Below the pieces are notes generated by a model that worked only from the letters and a program-made list of their open reading frames with translations, did not search any database and had not been told where the DNA came from. The translations under genes and the position numbers were made by a program. Shown here in pieces: positions 5,857-14,838 of a DNA stretch of 36,635 nt (positions are counted from its first letter, which is position 1; each line of letters starts with the position of its first letter). The DNA is from a virus: the IMG/VR virus record IMGVR_UViG_3300045988_061832, positions 1 to 36,635 of that record; one strand, given 5' to 3'.

Positions 5857-6217
5857 AAAGGCGGTGGAGTGCTGTACAGGATTTACTGTTAGTTGCGAAA
5901 ATTGTCCGCTAAGCGAAAAAGATTTTAAGTGTGGTGTGTATTTGGCAGAGTACCTAAAAGAAAACGAGCCTGCACCTGCGGCAACAGGCACAAGCTCGGA
6001 GGTGGTATCAAAAGATACCGATAACATACAAATTGATGATAGCACAAAAGAACAGATTTGTCAAGCATATGATACCGCAGACAAAGCCTGTGCAGATATA
6101 CTCGATATCTACGAAGGAATGCCGGCATGTGAGCGTAGAGCTTTTGATATCGGAGAAGTGTACGGAAAAATATGCAGCACAAGGGATAAGCTTGAAAATA
6201 TGAGAGGAGCGAACTAA
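5825..6217 (+). CDS. Hypothetical Cys-containing protein
   Basis: Start chosen at ATG 5825, after the AAGGAGG SD. About 130 aa, MIPMITKEEFEKAVECCTGFTVSCENCPLSE. Overlaps the methyltransferase 3' end. Confidence 0.6.
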   Translation: MIPMITKEEFEKAVECCTGFTVSCENCPLSEKDFKCGVYLAEYLKENEPAPAATGTSSEVVSKDTDNIQIDDSTKEQICQAYDTADKACADILDIYEGMPACERRAFDIGEVYGKICSTRDKLENMRGAN

Positions 6218-6218
6218 A

Positions 6219-7490
6219 ATGTCAGTAAAAATAAACTCGCTTGAATTTGAGAACGTAAAGAAGATAAAAGCCGTACAGCTTGAGCCTGCAAAGAATGGAC
6301 TTACTGTTATCGGCGGTAAGAACAGGCAGGGCAAGACCTCTGTGCTTGACGCTATCGCTTGGGCACTTGGGGGAGATAAGTATAAGCCGTCCTCTCCTCA
6401 GCGTGAGGGGTCTGTTGTCGAACCACATTTGAAGATCACCCTCGACAACGGTATAGTAGTGGAGCGTTCGGGCAAGAACAGCTCTCTCAAAGTCACGGAC
6501 AGCACAGGCAAGAAAGGCGGTCAGCAGCTTTTGAACAGCTTCGTTGAACAGTTCGCACTTGACCTGCCTAAGTTCATAAATCAGTCAAGCAAGGAAAAAG
6601 CTTCAACTCTGCTGAAAATAATCGGCGTGGGCGATACGCTCTATCAGTTGGAACATAAGGAACATTCCCTCTATGACCAGCGTACCGCTATCGGCAGGAT
6701 AGCTGACCAGAAGTCTAAGTTTGCAAAGGAAATGCCTGTGTACGCAAACGTTCCTTCCGAGCCTGTTTCGGCTTCGGAGCTTATCAGACAGCAGCAGGAT
6801 ATACTTGCTCGCAACGGCGAAAATCAGCGTAAGCGTGACCAGAAAGAATACTACGAAAAGCAGTTGGAGCTTGCTAAGTCCGCCTATGAGCGTGCAAAAG
6901 CAAGCTATGAAGCGGCAGCGAACAACTTCAAGCTTGCAAGCCTTGACGCAGAAAACCTCTTGGACGAAAGCACAGCGGAGCTTGAAAAGAACATCTCAGA
7001 TATTGAGGAGCTGAACAAGAAGATAAGAGCAAACCTCGACAGGGAAAAAGCTGAGATAGACGCTGAGGACTACCGTTCACAGTATACATATCTCACTGAG
7101 CAGATAGAGGACGTAAGGCAGGCTAAAACTGACCTGCTGGGCAGTGCCGACCTGCCTCTTGAGGGGCTTTCAGTTGAGGACGGAGAGCTGCTGTATAACG
7201 GGCATAAGTGGGATAGTATAAGCGGTGCTGAACAGCTTATCGTCGCTACCTCTATCGTGAGAAAGCTCAACCCTGACTGCGGTTTTGTCCTGCTGGACAA
7301 GCTTGAACAAATGGATACCGACACCCTTGATGACTTCGGCAAGTGGCTTGAAGCACAGGGCTTGCAGGCGATAGCCACAAGAGTTTCTACAGGTGACGAG
7401 TGCAGTATCATAATCGAGGACGGCAGGTCAATGGACAACGATAAGGACGAAAAATCAGAAACGAAAACTTGGAAAGCAGGTGCATTTTAA
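6219..7490 (+). CDS. SMC/RecF/Rad50-like ABC-type ATPase (recombination module)
   Basis: 423 aa. Walker A GGKNRQGKTS, long coiled-coil middle, signature-like ISGAEQ, Walker B FVLLDKLEQMD. C-terminal tail TKTWKAGAF. Confidence 0.85.
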   Translation: MSVKINSLEFENVKKIKAVQLEPAKNGLTVIGGKNRQGKTSVLDAIAWALGGDKYKPSSPQREGSVVEPHLKITLDNGIVVERSGKNSSLKVTDSTGKKGGQQLLNSFVEQFALDLPKFINQSSKEKASTLLKIIGVGDTLYQLEHKEHSLYDQRTAIGRIADQKSKFAKEMPVYANVPSEPVSASELIRQQQDILARNGENQRKRDQKEYYEKQLELAKSAYERAKASYEAAANNFKLASLDAENLLDESTAELEKNISDIEELNKKIRANLDREKAEIDAEDYRSQYTYLTEQIEDVRQAKTDLLGSADLPLEGLSVEDGELLYNGHKWDSISGAEQLIVATSIVRKLNPDCGFVLLDKLEQMDTDTLDDFGKWLEAQGLQAIATRVSTGDECSIIIEDGRSMDNDKDEKSETKTWKAGAF

Positions 7491-8632
7491 TGTATGAGAT
7501 AACATCAGGAGTTGTAAGCTCCGCACAGAAAGTCGTGATATATGGTCCTGAGGGCATAGGCAAATCCACTTTTGCGGCTCAGTTCCCCGACCCTGTATTT
7601 GTTGATACTGAGGGCAGTACAAAGAAGCTGAACATCAGACGTTTCCCTAAGCCAACAAGCTGGGAAATGCTCAAAAACGAGGTAAAGGAAGCTATGAACG
7701 GCAGGCTCTGCAAGACCCTGGTCATTGATACATTTGATTGGGCTGAACAGCTTTGCATTGAAACTATCTGCTCGGCACATCAGAAGAAAGGCATTGAAGA
7801 TTTCGGCTACGGCAACGGCTACGTCTACGAGAAAGAGGAGATAGGCAAGTTTCTTAATCTCTTGCAGGAGGTAGTTGACAGCGGTATCAACGTTGTGCTT
7901 ACGGCTCACGCTCAGATGAGAAAGTTTGAACAGCCTGACGAGCTTGGTGCTTATGACCGTTGGGAACTGAAACTCGGCAAGAAAACTTCTTCTCAGATAT
8001 CGCCTCTTGTGAAAGAATGGGCAGATATGGTGCTGTTTGCAAACTACAAAACATATGCAGTAGCTGTGGATAAGGACGGCAAGAAGTTCAAAGCTCAGGG
8101 CGGTGACCGTGTTATGTACACCACACATCACCCTTGCTGGGACGCTAAGAACCGTGACGGACTTCCGTCTGAAATGCCTTTTGAGTATAGTGGTATAGCT
8201 CACCTGTTTGCGTATACACAGCCTGCTGAAATGCCTAAGCCTGTGCCGATGCCAAGACGTGTGCAGGAGCAGCTTGCACAGCCGAAAGCAGCACCGCAGC
8301 CACCTCATAAGACATCAAACGCAGTGACATTGCAGCAGGCTCAGCCGACAGCTGCACCAAAGGCAGAAGAACCCCTTACAGATCTCAGCGGCTTTGAGGA
8401 CGTTGCACCACCTATCGTTATCCCTGATGGCATACCGAAAGCGCTTGCAGACCTTATGAGAGCCAACAACGTAAGCGAATCGGATATACGTCTTGTGGTA
8501 TCTCAGAGAAACTATTTCCCTTATGATACCCCTATTACAAATTATCCTGACGACTTTGTACAGGGCTGTCTGATAGGTGCTTGGGAGCAAATGCTGCCGC
8601 TTATCAGAGAAAATCAGAAAGTACCATTTTAA
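7490..8632 (+). CDS. AAA_24 / Sak4-like RecA-fold ATPase with Pro-rich linker and C-terminal extension
   Basis: Start ATG 7490 (TAATG overlap). KVVIYGPEGIGKSTFAAQFPDPVFVDTEGS and TLVIDTFDW motifs. Ends ...NQKVPF. Confidence 0.85.
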   Translation: MYEITSGVVSSAQKVVIYGPEGIGKSTFAAQFPDPVFVDTEGSTKKLNIRRFPKPTSWEMLKNEVKEAMNGRLCKTLVIDTFDWAEQLCIETICSAHQKKGIEDFGYGNGYVYEKEEIGKFLNLLQEVVDSGINVVLTAHAQMRKFEQPDELGAYDRWELKLGKKTSSQISPLVKEWADMVLFANYKTYAVAVDKDGKKFKAQGGDRVMYTTHHPCWDAKNRDGLPSEMPFEYSGIAHLFAYTQPAEMPKPVPMPRRVQEQLAQPKAAPQPPHKTSNAVTLQQAQPTAAPKAEEPLTDLSGFEDVAPPIVIPDGIPKALADLMRANNVSESDIRLVVSQRNYFPYDTPITNYPDDFVQGCLIGAWEQMLPLIRENQKVPF

Positions 8633-8647
8633 AAGGAGGACAACACT

Positions 8648-9154
8648 ATGGATAATTTTATGGAATACGGCTGGGAAGATGAGATAGTCAACGAGGGTGG
8701 GGACTTTGTCCTGCTCCCTGAGGGGGACTATGACTTCACCGTTGCAAAGTATGAACGTGTAAGACACGAGGGGTCGGCAAAAGTGCCGCCCTGCAATATG
8801 GCTAAGGTCACATTCACCATATGGGGAGCTGAGGACAGCGTAGAGATAACAGAGAACTTCTTCCTCTGCAACAAGTTTGAGTGGAAACTCTCAGCACTTT
8901 TCCTGGCTCTCGGACTAAAAAAGCACGGCGAGCCGCTGAAAATGAACTGGAACGCTATCACAGGCAAAAAGGGCAAGTGTCACGTCTACGTTGACAACTA
9001 CAAGAACAAGGACGGTGAGGACAGGCAGTCCAACAAGATAAAGAAGCTTTATGCCTATGACGAGAATGTGACTACCGTTCAGCCTGCTCAGACGCAGACA
9101 CCACAGTATAGTCAGCCTGCTCAGACAGGGGGCTGGAAAGCCGGTGCGTTCTGA
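8648..9154 (+). CDS. DUF669-family protein (SSB-like partner of Sak4-type ATPases)
   Basis: 168 aa. LLPEGDYDFTVAKYE...GKCHVYVDNYKNKDGE is typical of DUF669 as I recall it. Gln/Pro-rich linker, then the tail GGWKAGAF. Confidence 0.8.
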   Translation: MDNFMEYGWEDEIVNEGGDFVLLPEGDYDFTVAKYERVRHEGSAKVPPCNMAKVTFTIWGAEDSVEITENFFLCNKFEWKLSALFLALGLKKHGEPLKMNWNAITGKKGKCHVYVDNYKNKDGEDRQSNKIKKLYAYDENVTTVQPAQTQTPQYSQPAQTGGWKAGAF

Positions 9155-10743
9155 TGATGAATTTAAGACCATATCAAAACGAGGCTAAGCTTGCTATACT
9201 CGAACAATGGTCTGAGGGAATAAACAAAGTCCTTGCAGTTCTGCCCACAGGAACGGGAAAGACAATACTTTTCTCGGCTGTTACGGAAGAATGTGTGCGG
9301 CAGGGTAAGCGTGTGCTTATCCTTGCCCATAGGGGCGAACTGCTCGACCAGGCGGCTGACAAGCTTATGAAGTCAACAGGGCTTGGCTGTGCCACCGAGA
9401 AAGCAGAGCAAAGCTGTTTAGGCTCTTGGTATCGTGTGGTAGTAGGCTCAGTTCAGACCCTTATGCGTGAGAAAAGGCTCAAAGGCTTTTCGGAAAATTA
9501 CTTCGATACCATAATAATTGACGAGGCTCATCACGCTATCTCAGACGGCTATCAGAGAGTGCTTGACCATTTTCCTGAAGCTCAGGTACTTGGTGTGACG
9601 GCTACACCTGACAGGGGCGATATGAAGAACTTAGGCTCGGTGTTCGACAGCCTTGCATATGAATACACCCTGCCGCAGGCTATCAAAGAGGGCTATCTTT
9701 CACCTATCAAGGCTATCACCATACCGCTGAAACTTGACCTTTCAGGAGTATCAACTCAGGCAGGAGATTTCAAGGCAAGTGATATCGACACGGCACTTGA
9801 CCCATATCTTTATCAGATAGCTGATGAAATGCTTAAATACTGTAAGAAACGCAAGACAGTTGTGTTCCTGCCGCTTGTCAAGACCTCTCAGAAGTTCCGT
9901 GATATCCTTATCAGCAAAGGGTTCAACGCCGCTGAGGTCAACGGAGAAAGCACAGACAGAGCGGAGATACTTGAAGCTTTCGACAAGGGCGAATACAACG
10001 TGCTGTGCAACTCAATGCTCCTCACAGAGGGCTGGGACTGTCCGTCAGTTGACTGCGTTATTGTGCTAAGACCAACAAAAGTGCGTGGGCTTTACTGCCA
10101 AATGGTAGGCAGAGGCACAAGGCTCTGCGAGGGAAAGACAGAGCTTTTACTGCTGGATTTCCTATGGCACACAGAACGCCACGAGCTTTGCAGGCCTGCA
10201 CACCTTATCTGTCAGAATGAAGAGGTCGCTGAGAAAATGACCGAAAACCTTGCCAATGAGGCAGGCTGTGCAGTGGACATCGAAGAGGCAGAAAAACAGG
10301 CAAGCGAGGACGTTGTGGCACAGCGTGAAGAGTCTTTGGCAAAGCAGCTCAAAGAAATGAAAACACGCAAGCGAAAGCTCGTTGACCCTTTGCAGTATGA
10401 AATGTCAATACAGGCTGAGGACTTGTCCTCTTACGTTCCTGCTTTTGGCTGGGAGTGTGCTCCTGCTACCGACAAGCAGAAAGCAAAGCTTGAAAAGCTG
10501 GGCATTTTCCCTGACGATATAGACAACGCAGGCAAGGCAAAGCTTATCCTTGACCGACTTGAAAAGCGCCGCAATGCAGGACTTACCACTCCAAAGCAGA
10601 TACGGCTGCTTGAAAGCAAGGGCTTTGAGCACGTTGGCTCTTGGAGCTTTGACAGTGCAAGCAGGATGATAGCTCGTATCTCTGCCAATGGTTGGAGAGT
10701 GCCGAGAGATATCGACCCGAAAACATACACACCTGAGAACTAA
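9154..10743 (+). CDS. SF2 DEAD/DEAH-box helicase
   Basis: 529 aa. Motifs LPTGTGKT, IIIDEAHH, GVTATP, VGRGTR. The C-terminus has two related helical repeats (TDKQKAKLEKLG / TPKQIRLLESKG). Confidence 0.92.
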   Translation: MMNLRPYQNEAKLAILEQWSEGINKVLAVLPTGTGKTILFSAVTEECVRQGKRVLILAHRGELLDQAADKLMKSTGLGCATEKAEQSCLGSWYRVVVGSVQTLMREKRLKGFSENYFDTIIIDEAHHAISDGYQRVLDHFPEAQVLGVTATPDRGDMKNLGSVFDSLAYEYTLPQAIKEGYLSPIKAITIPLKLDLSGVSTQAGDFKASDIDTALDPYLYQIADEMLKYCKKRKTVVFLPLVKTSQKFRDILISKGFNAAEVNGESTDRAEILEAFDKGEYNVLCNSMLLTEGWDCPSVDCVIVLRPTKVRGLYCQMVGRGTRLCEGKTELLLLDFLWHTERHELCRPAHLICQNEEVAEKMTENLANEAGCAVDIEEAEKQASEDVVAQREESLAKQLKEMKTRKRKLVDPLQYEMSIQAEDLSSYVPAFGWECAPATDKQKAKLEKLGIFPDDIDNAGKAKLILDRLEKRRNAGLTTPKQIRLLESKGFEHVGSWSFDSASRMIARISANGWRVPRDIDPKTYTPEN

Positions 10744-10753
10744 GGAGAAGTGA

Positions 10754-12958
10754 ATGGATAACACAAATTTGCTTAAAATGCTTGAATACATAGACCCTGC
10801 AAGCTGTGATTATCAAGAATGGGTCAATGTGGGAATGGCTCTCAAGCACGAGGGCTATTCCGTGAACGATTGGGACAGTTGGTCGAGGTCAGACAGCCGT
10901 TATCACAGCGGTGAGTGTGAACACAAGTGGCAAGGCTTTAACGGCAATGCTCAGCCCGTGACCGCAGGAACTATCGTGCAAATGGCAAAGGAAAGAGGAT
11001 ACAGCCCCCATGAGTTTAAGGCATACGATTGGGACGGCGAGATAGTTGCAGAAGAAAGCAGTCCCCTTGTAAACGGCGGTGAGGGCATACCGATCACCGA
11101 GCCTGCCCAATGGGATCCTGTCAAGGAGATAGTCACATATCTTGAAACACTCTTTGAAGCAGGAGAGAACGTGGGCTATGTTACGCAAACGTGGGAAACA
11201 GAAAAGGACGGCAAGATCAGGTATCTGCCCACAAAGGGCTGCTGTGACAGGACGGCAGGGGAGCTTATCAAGAGGCTTGGCGAATGTAACGGCGACATTG
11301 GTGCGGTGTTTGGCGACTACAAGGAAGAAGCCGGAGCGTGGATCCGCTTCAATCCTCTTGACGGCAAGGGCGTAAAGAACGAGAATGTAACAGACTACCG
11401 CTATGCTCTTGTTGAAAGCGACAGTATGCCTATAGAACAGCAGAATGCTGTGATGAGAGAACTTGAACTTCCTATCGCTGTGCTTGTATACAGCGGTGGA
11501 AAGAGCGTTCACGCTATCGTCAAGATAGACGCCCCCAACTATGATGAATACCGCAGGCGTGTTGATTTTCTTTACAAGGTCTGCAAGGAAAGCGGTCTTG
11601 ACATAGATAAACAAAACCGCAATCCCTCACGTCTTAGCCGTATGCCAGGCGTCATGAGAAACGGCAAGAAGCAGTTCATTATTGACAAGAACATAGGCAA
11701 AGAAAGCTTTTCAGAATGGAAAGATTACATAGAGAGTATCAATGATGATCTCCCCGACCCTGAGAGCCTGAGTGCTGAGTGGGACAACCTGCCTGAGCTT
11801 GCACCGCCACTTATTGACGGTGTTCTCAGACAGGGTCACAAAATGCTCATTGCAGGTCCGTCAAAGGCAGGCAAGTCTTATGCACTTATCGAAATGTGCG
11901 TGGCGATAGCTGAGGGGGTCAAGTGGTTTGGCTGGCAATGCACCAAAGGCAAGATACTATACGTCAACCTAGAGCTTGACAGAGCATCTTGTCTGCACCG
12001 TTTCAAGGACGTGTACACCGCAATGCACCTAGAACCTGATAACCTCAGTAGCATAGACATATGGAACTTGCGAGGTCACAGCGTACCAATGGACAAGCTT
12101 GCGCCAAAGCTTATACGCCGAGCAAGCAAGAAGAATTACATTGCCGTGATAATAGACCCTATCTACAAGGTCATAACAGGTGACGAGAACTCAGCAGACC
12201 AAATGGCTCACTTTTGCAATCAGTTTGACAAGGTATGCACAGAGCTTGGCTGTGCGGTCATATACTGCCACCACCACTCAAAGGGCGCACAGGGCGGCAA
12301 GCGTTCAATGGACAGAGCCAGCGGCTCAGGAGTATTCGCCCGTGACCCTGACGCACTTCTTGACCTTTCAGAGCTTGACATCTCAGACAGCCTTTACAAG
12401 CAGCAGGAGGACGAAACTGTTTGTCGTATCTGTGAGAACTGGATGAGGAGATTTTACAGAAACACTGATGATCTTTGCTCGCAGGACGATCTTGTTACGC
12501 CGTCAAAAATGCTGGAGATAACACACAAGTACCTGCACCCGAACTCATACAAGCTTATGATGACCGACATAGACAAGGCTAAGCTTGCGGTAAGAAACCG
12601 CACAGCGTGGCGTATAGAGGGCACACTGAGAGAGTTCCCGAAGTTTGCTCCTCTCAATATGTGGTTTGATTATCCTGTTCACAGAGAGGATACTGTGGGT
12701 GTGCTCAAAGACTGCGAGGTAGAGGACAGCGCACCGAATTGGAAGAAAAATTTCAGCAAGAAAAAGACCAATGAGGACCGCAGTAAGGAACGCAAGGAGA
12801 GCATTGAAACAGCTTTCAGCGGTGTGCAGGAGAACGGCAAGTGCCGCATTTCTGAGCTGGCGGAGTACATAGGAAAGAGTGAAAAGACCGTTGGAAGATA
12901 CCTCAAAGAGCACGGAGGTTTTTGGATAGAAGAGGGAGAATGCGGTTTAAAAGCTTAG
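10754..12958 (+). CDS. Bifunctional primase-polymerase / RepA-DnaB-like (AAA_25) helicase with C-terminal HTH
   Basis: 734 aa. N-terminal PriCT-like region (YQEWVNVGMALKHEGYS), SGGKSVHAIV prim-pol-like motif, Walker A GPSKAGKS, Walker B AVIIDP, C-terminal ISELAEYIGKSEKTVGRYLKEHG. Confidence 0.88.
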   Translation: MDNTNLLKMLEYIDPASCDYQEWVNVGMALKHEGYSVNDWDSWSRSDSRYHSGECEHKWQGFNGNAQPVTAGTIVQMAKERGYSPHEFKAYDWDGEIVAEESSPLVNGGEGIPITEPAQWDPVKEIVTYLETLFEAGENVGYVTQTWETEKDGKIRYLPTKGCCDRTAGELIKRLGECNGDIGAVFGDYKEEAGAWIRFNPLDGKGVKNENVTDYRYALVESDSMPIEQQNAVMRELELPIAVLVYSGGKSVHAIVKIDAPNYDEYRRRVDFLYKVCKESGLDIDKQNRNPSRLSRMPGVMRNGKKQFIIDKNIGKESFSEWKDYIESINDDLPDPESLSAEWDNLPELAPPLIDGVLRQGHKMLIAGPSKAGKSYALIEMCVAIAEGVKWFGWQCTKGKILYVNLELDRASCLHRFKDVYTAMHLEPDNLSSIDIWNLRGHSVPMDKLAPKLIRRASKKNYIAVIIDPIYKVITGDENSADQMAHFCNQFDKVCTELGCAVIYCHHHSKGAQGGKRSMDRASGSGVFARDPDALLDLSELDISDSLYKQQEDETVCRICENWMRRFYRNTDDLCSQDDLVTPSKMLEITHKYLHPNSYKLMMTDIDKAKLAVRNRTAWRIEGTLREFPKFAPLNMWFDYPVHREDTVGVLKDCEVEDSAPNWKKNFSKKKTNEDRSKERKESIETAFSGVQENGKCRISELAEYIGKSEKTVGRYLKEHGGFWIEEGECGLKA

Positions 12959-12960
12959 CA

Positions 12961-13094
12961 GACAGACAAGACAAAATCGAATTTTTGAACTTTAGACAGA
13001 CAAGAAAAAATCGAAAAGTGTCAGGACAAAATCGAACTTTTTTCTTGTCGGACAATATCGAAAATTACCGAGTTTGTCAGACGGACAGACAAAC
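12961..13094 (+). repeat. Iteron array (putative replication origin)
   Basis: GACAGACAAGACAAAATCGAA (12961-12981), GACAGACAAGAAAAAATCGAA (12995-13015), GTCAGGACAAAATCGAA (13020-13036), GTCGGACAATATCGAA (13047-13062), GTCAGACGGACAGACAAAC (13076-13094). Confidence 0.6.
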
Positions 13095-13162
13095 ATATAT
13101 TACTACGTAATATATATCTTGTCCGCTAGAAACAGCGGACAAGAATATTACTAGCAGTAATA
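13095..13162. repeat. Three adjacent inverted repeats upstream of rusA
   Basis: ATATATTAC-TAC-GTAATATAT (13095-13115). CTTGTCCGC-N8-GCGGACAAG (13118-13143). TATTACT-AGC-AGTAATA (13146-13162). Confidence 0.6.
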
Positions 13163-13190
13163 CCCGACTGCACGAGAGGAGCAGATAACA

Positions 13191-13583
13191 ATGACTGAAT
13201 TTTTTATGGCAATGATACCGCCGACAGCTACGGCGCAGGAACACAAGGTGGCAGTGAAAAACGGCAAGCCGATATTTTATGACCCACCCGATGTCAAGGC
13301 GGCAAAAGAAAAGCTCACGGCAAACCTTGCAAGGCACAGACCGCCTGAAAAATACATCTGTGGGATAAGGCTGGTAACAAAGTGGTTATTTCCAAATGAC
13401 GGCAAGCACAAGGACGGAGAGTACAAGATCAGCAAGCCTGACACGGATAACTTGCAGAAGATGTTCAAGGACTGTATGACAAAGCTTGACTTCTGGACAG
13501 ACGATCAGCTTGTAGCGAGTGAGATATGCGAGAAGTTTTGGGCGGACATACCCGGCATTTATGTGAGGATAGAGGAGCTATGA
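13191..13583 (+). CDS. rusA: RusA-family Holliday junction resolvase
   Basis: 130 aa. KPDTDNLQKMFKDCMTKLDFWTDDQLV matches the RusA catalytic Asp motifs. GAGAGGAG SD. Confidence 0.9.
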   Translation: MTEFFMAMIPPTATAQEHKVAVKNGKPIFYDPPDVKAAKEKLTANLARHRPPEKYICGIRLVTKWLFPNDGKHKDGEYKISKPDTDNLQKMFKDCMTKLDFWTDDQLVASEICEKFWADIPGIYVRIEEL

Positions 13584-13786
13584 CGATACACGAAGTAAAG
13601 AAAAGTCTTGGACGCAGGGTAAGCTACAACGGTTCTGACTGCTACGAGCTGACAGGGTGCATTATCCGCAGGGACGCAAAGACGGGGCAATTTTTCTATC
13701 AGGCGGAGCTTGCAGACAAGACTTGTGGCAATACGTTGGTGTATTGTAGGCTGGAAGAGTTGAGGTGTGAGAATGAAACACACTGA
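13580..13786 (+). CDS. Hypothetical protein
   Basis: Start taken at ATG 13580 (ATGA overlap with the rusA stop). 68 aa, MTIHEVKKSLGRRVSYNGSDCYEL. Confidence 0.6.
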   Translation: MTIHEVKKSLGRRVSYNGSDCYELTGCIIRRDAKTGQFFYQAELADKTCGNTLVYCRLEELRCENETH

Positions 13787-13991
13787 CCACACCCTCTGTT
13801 GGCACTGCCGCCACGCAGTACCGACAAAGGATAAGATAACAGGAGAATACCTCACAGGATGTGCATGGTCCATAGACCGCAGTCCGGTTGAGGGTTGGAG
13901 GACGTGTCAGCACAGAATGTATGAGGCGCAAAAGGGCGGTATGATACACTCGTATACAGTAACGGAATGTCCTGAATTTGAGGAGGGGTAA
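13767..13991 (+). CDS. Hypothetical small Cys/His-rich protein
   Basis: 74 aa. CWHC ... C ... C ... H pattern. The start is either GTG 13767 or ATG 13773. Confidence 0.6.
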   Translation: MRMKHTDHTLCWHCRHAVPTKDKITGEYLTGCAWSIDRSPVEGWRTCQHRMYEAQKGGMIHSYTVTECPEFEEG

Positions 13992-13992
13992 A

Positions 13993-14505
13993 ATGGCAAA
14001 GGGCAAAACACCCGAAGAACTGTTAAAGCAGTATTCGGCAGAAATTTTAAGGTCAATAGAGCGGTACAAGTCCATTATCGAGCATGGCTGCAGTGACCCA
14101 ACATGGCCTGACGGCTGTAATGCCAACTTGTGCAGAAACCACGTTCTAGCGTATAAGCGATATATTCTAGATATCTGTGCGGATAACGATTTGGAAATCC
14201 CAACTGAGATACCGACAATTGACGAACATAGGCTTTCGTCAATTCTGTGGGAGGCTGGTGTTAGTCAGGATAAGTTGGAAAAGCTGCATGGTGTGTATGA
14301 AAATGCTATGCACGGCAAGGTTTTCAGGGCTGTCAATCTGGTGGAGGATAAGGTAACGATATCAGGAATGGGATTCAAGATGACCGTAGATAACTACCAT
14401 AAAGGCGACGTGTCTACTGCCATAGGCAAGGTTATATTCGGTGTTGCTGATACGGCTGTTGACGTGAATGGTATCGGTATTAAAATGGACGGTGTTGCCA
14501 GATGA
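13993..14505 (+). CDS. Hypothetical protein
   Basis: Start ATG 13993 after GAGGAGGGG. 170 aa. Helical Cys-containing N-terminus, beta-rich C-terminus with internal GMGFKM / GIGIKM repeats. Confidence 0.65.
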   Translation: MAKGKTPEELLKQYSAEILRSIERYKSIIEHGCSDPTWPDGCNANLCRNHVLAYKRYILDICADNDLEIPTEIPTIDEHRLSSILWEAGVSQDKLEKLHGVYENAMHGKVFRAVNLVEDKVTISGMGFKMTVDNYHKGDVSTAIGKVIFGVADTAVDVNGIGIKMDGVAR

Positions 14506-14532
14506 AATATTACAATTTGAGGAGGGGTAAAA

Positions 14533-14838
14533 GTGACAAACAAAGAAAGGCTAGCAAAGCTTGACGGCGGTCAGTTGGACGCTATGTGGAATTTTCTGAA
14601 ATTGAGAAAGCAATGCGAATGTACCAAGCAGGACGTACAGCTATTGCGTGAACACTGCGAAAATATCCGCATAGCGTTGACGCAGAAAAATGCAGGTCAG
14701 CGAAAAGATGGTGCCAAAGATTGCATTGATTTCGACGAATTGGGGACATACATTAATTTCGTAGTTATTGACGCCCTTGTGTTGTATATTTATGGTGGTC
14801 TTGACAAATTGGAAGAGGTGCTGCCAGATGAAAAATGA
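14533..14838 (+). CDS. Hypothetical protein
   Basis: 101 aa. GTG start preceded by the same 19-nt SD block as the previous gene. Confidence 0.6.
   Translation: MTNKERLAKLDGGQLDAMWNFLKLRKQCECTKQDVQLLREHCENIRIALTQKNAGQRKDGAKDCIDFDELGTYINFVVIDALVLYIYGGLDKLEEVLPDEK

Noticed and set aside
7505-8308. 267-aa minus-strand ORF
   Set aside because: Completely antisense to the Sak4-like ATPase gene. Cys/Arg/Leu-rich nonsense composition and no SD. It is a shadow ORF.
10889-11614. 241-aa minus-strand ORF
   Set aside because: Antisense to the primase-helicase gene, which has clear motifs. It has no start context.
13118-13143. 9-bp GC-rich hairpin as a terminator after the primase-helicase gene
   Set aside because: No U-tract follows on either strand. 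It is better treated as part of the palindrome/iteron cluster.
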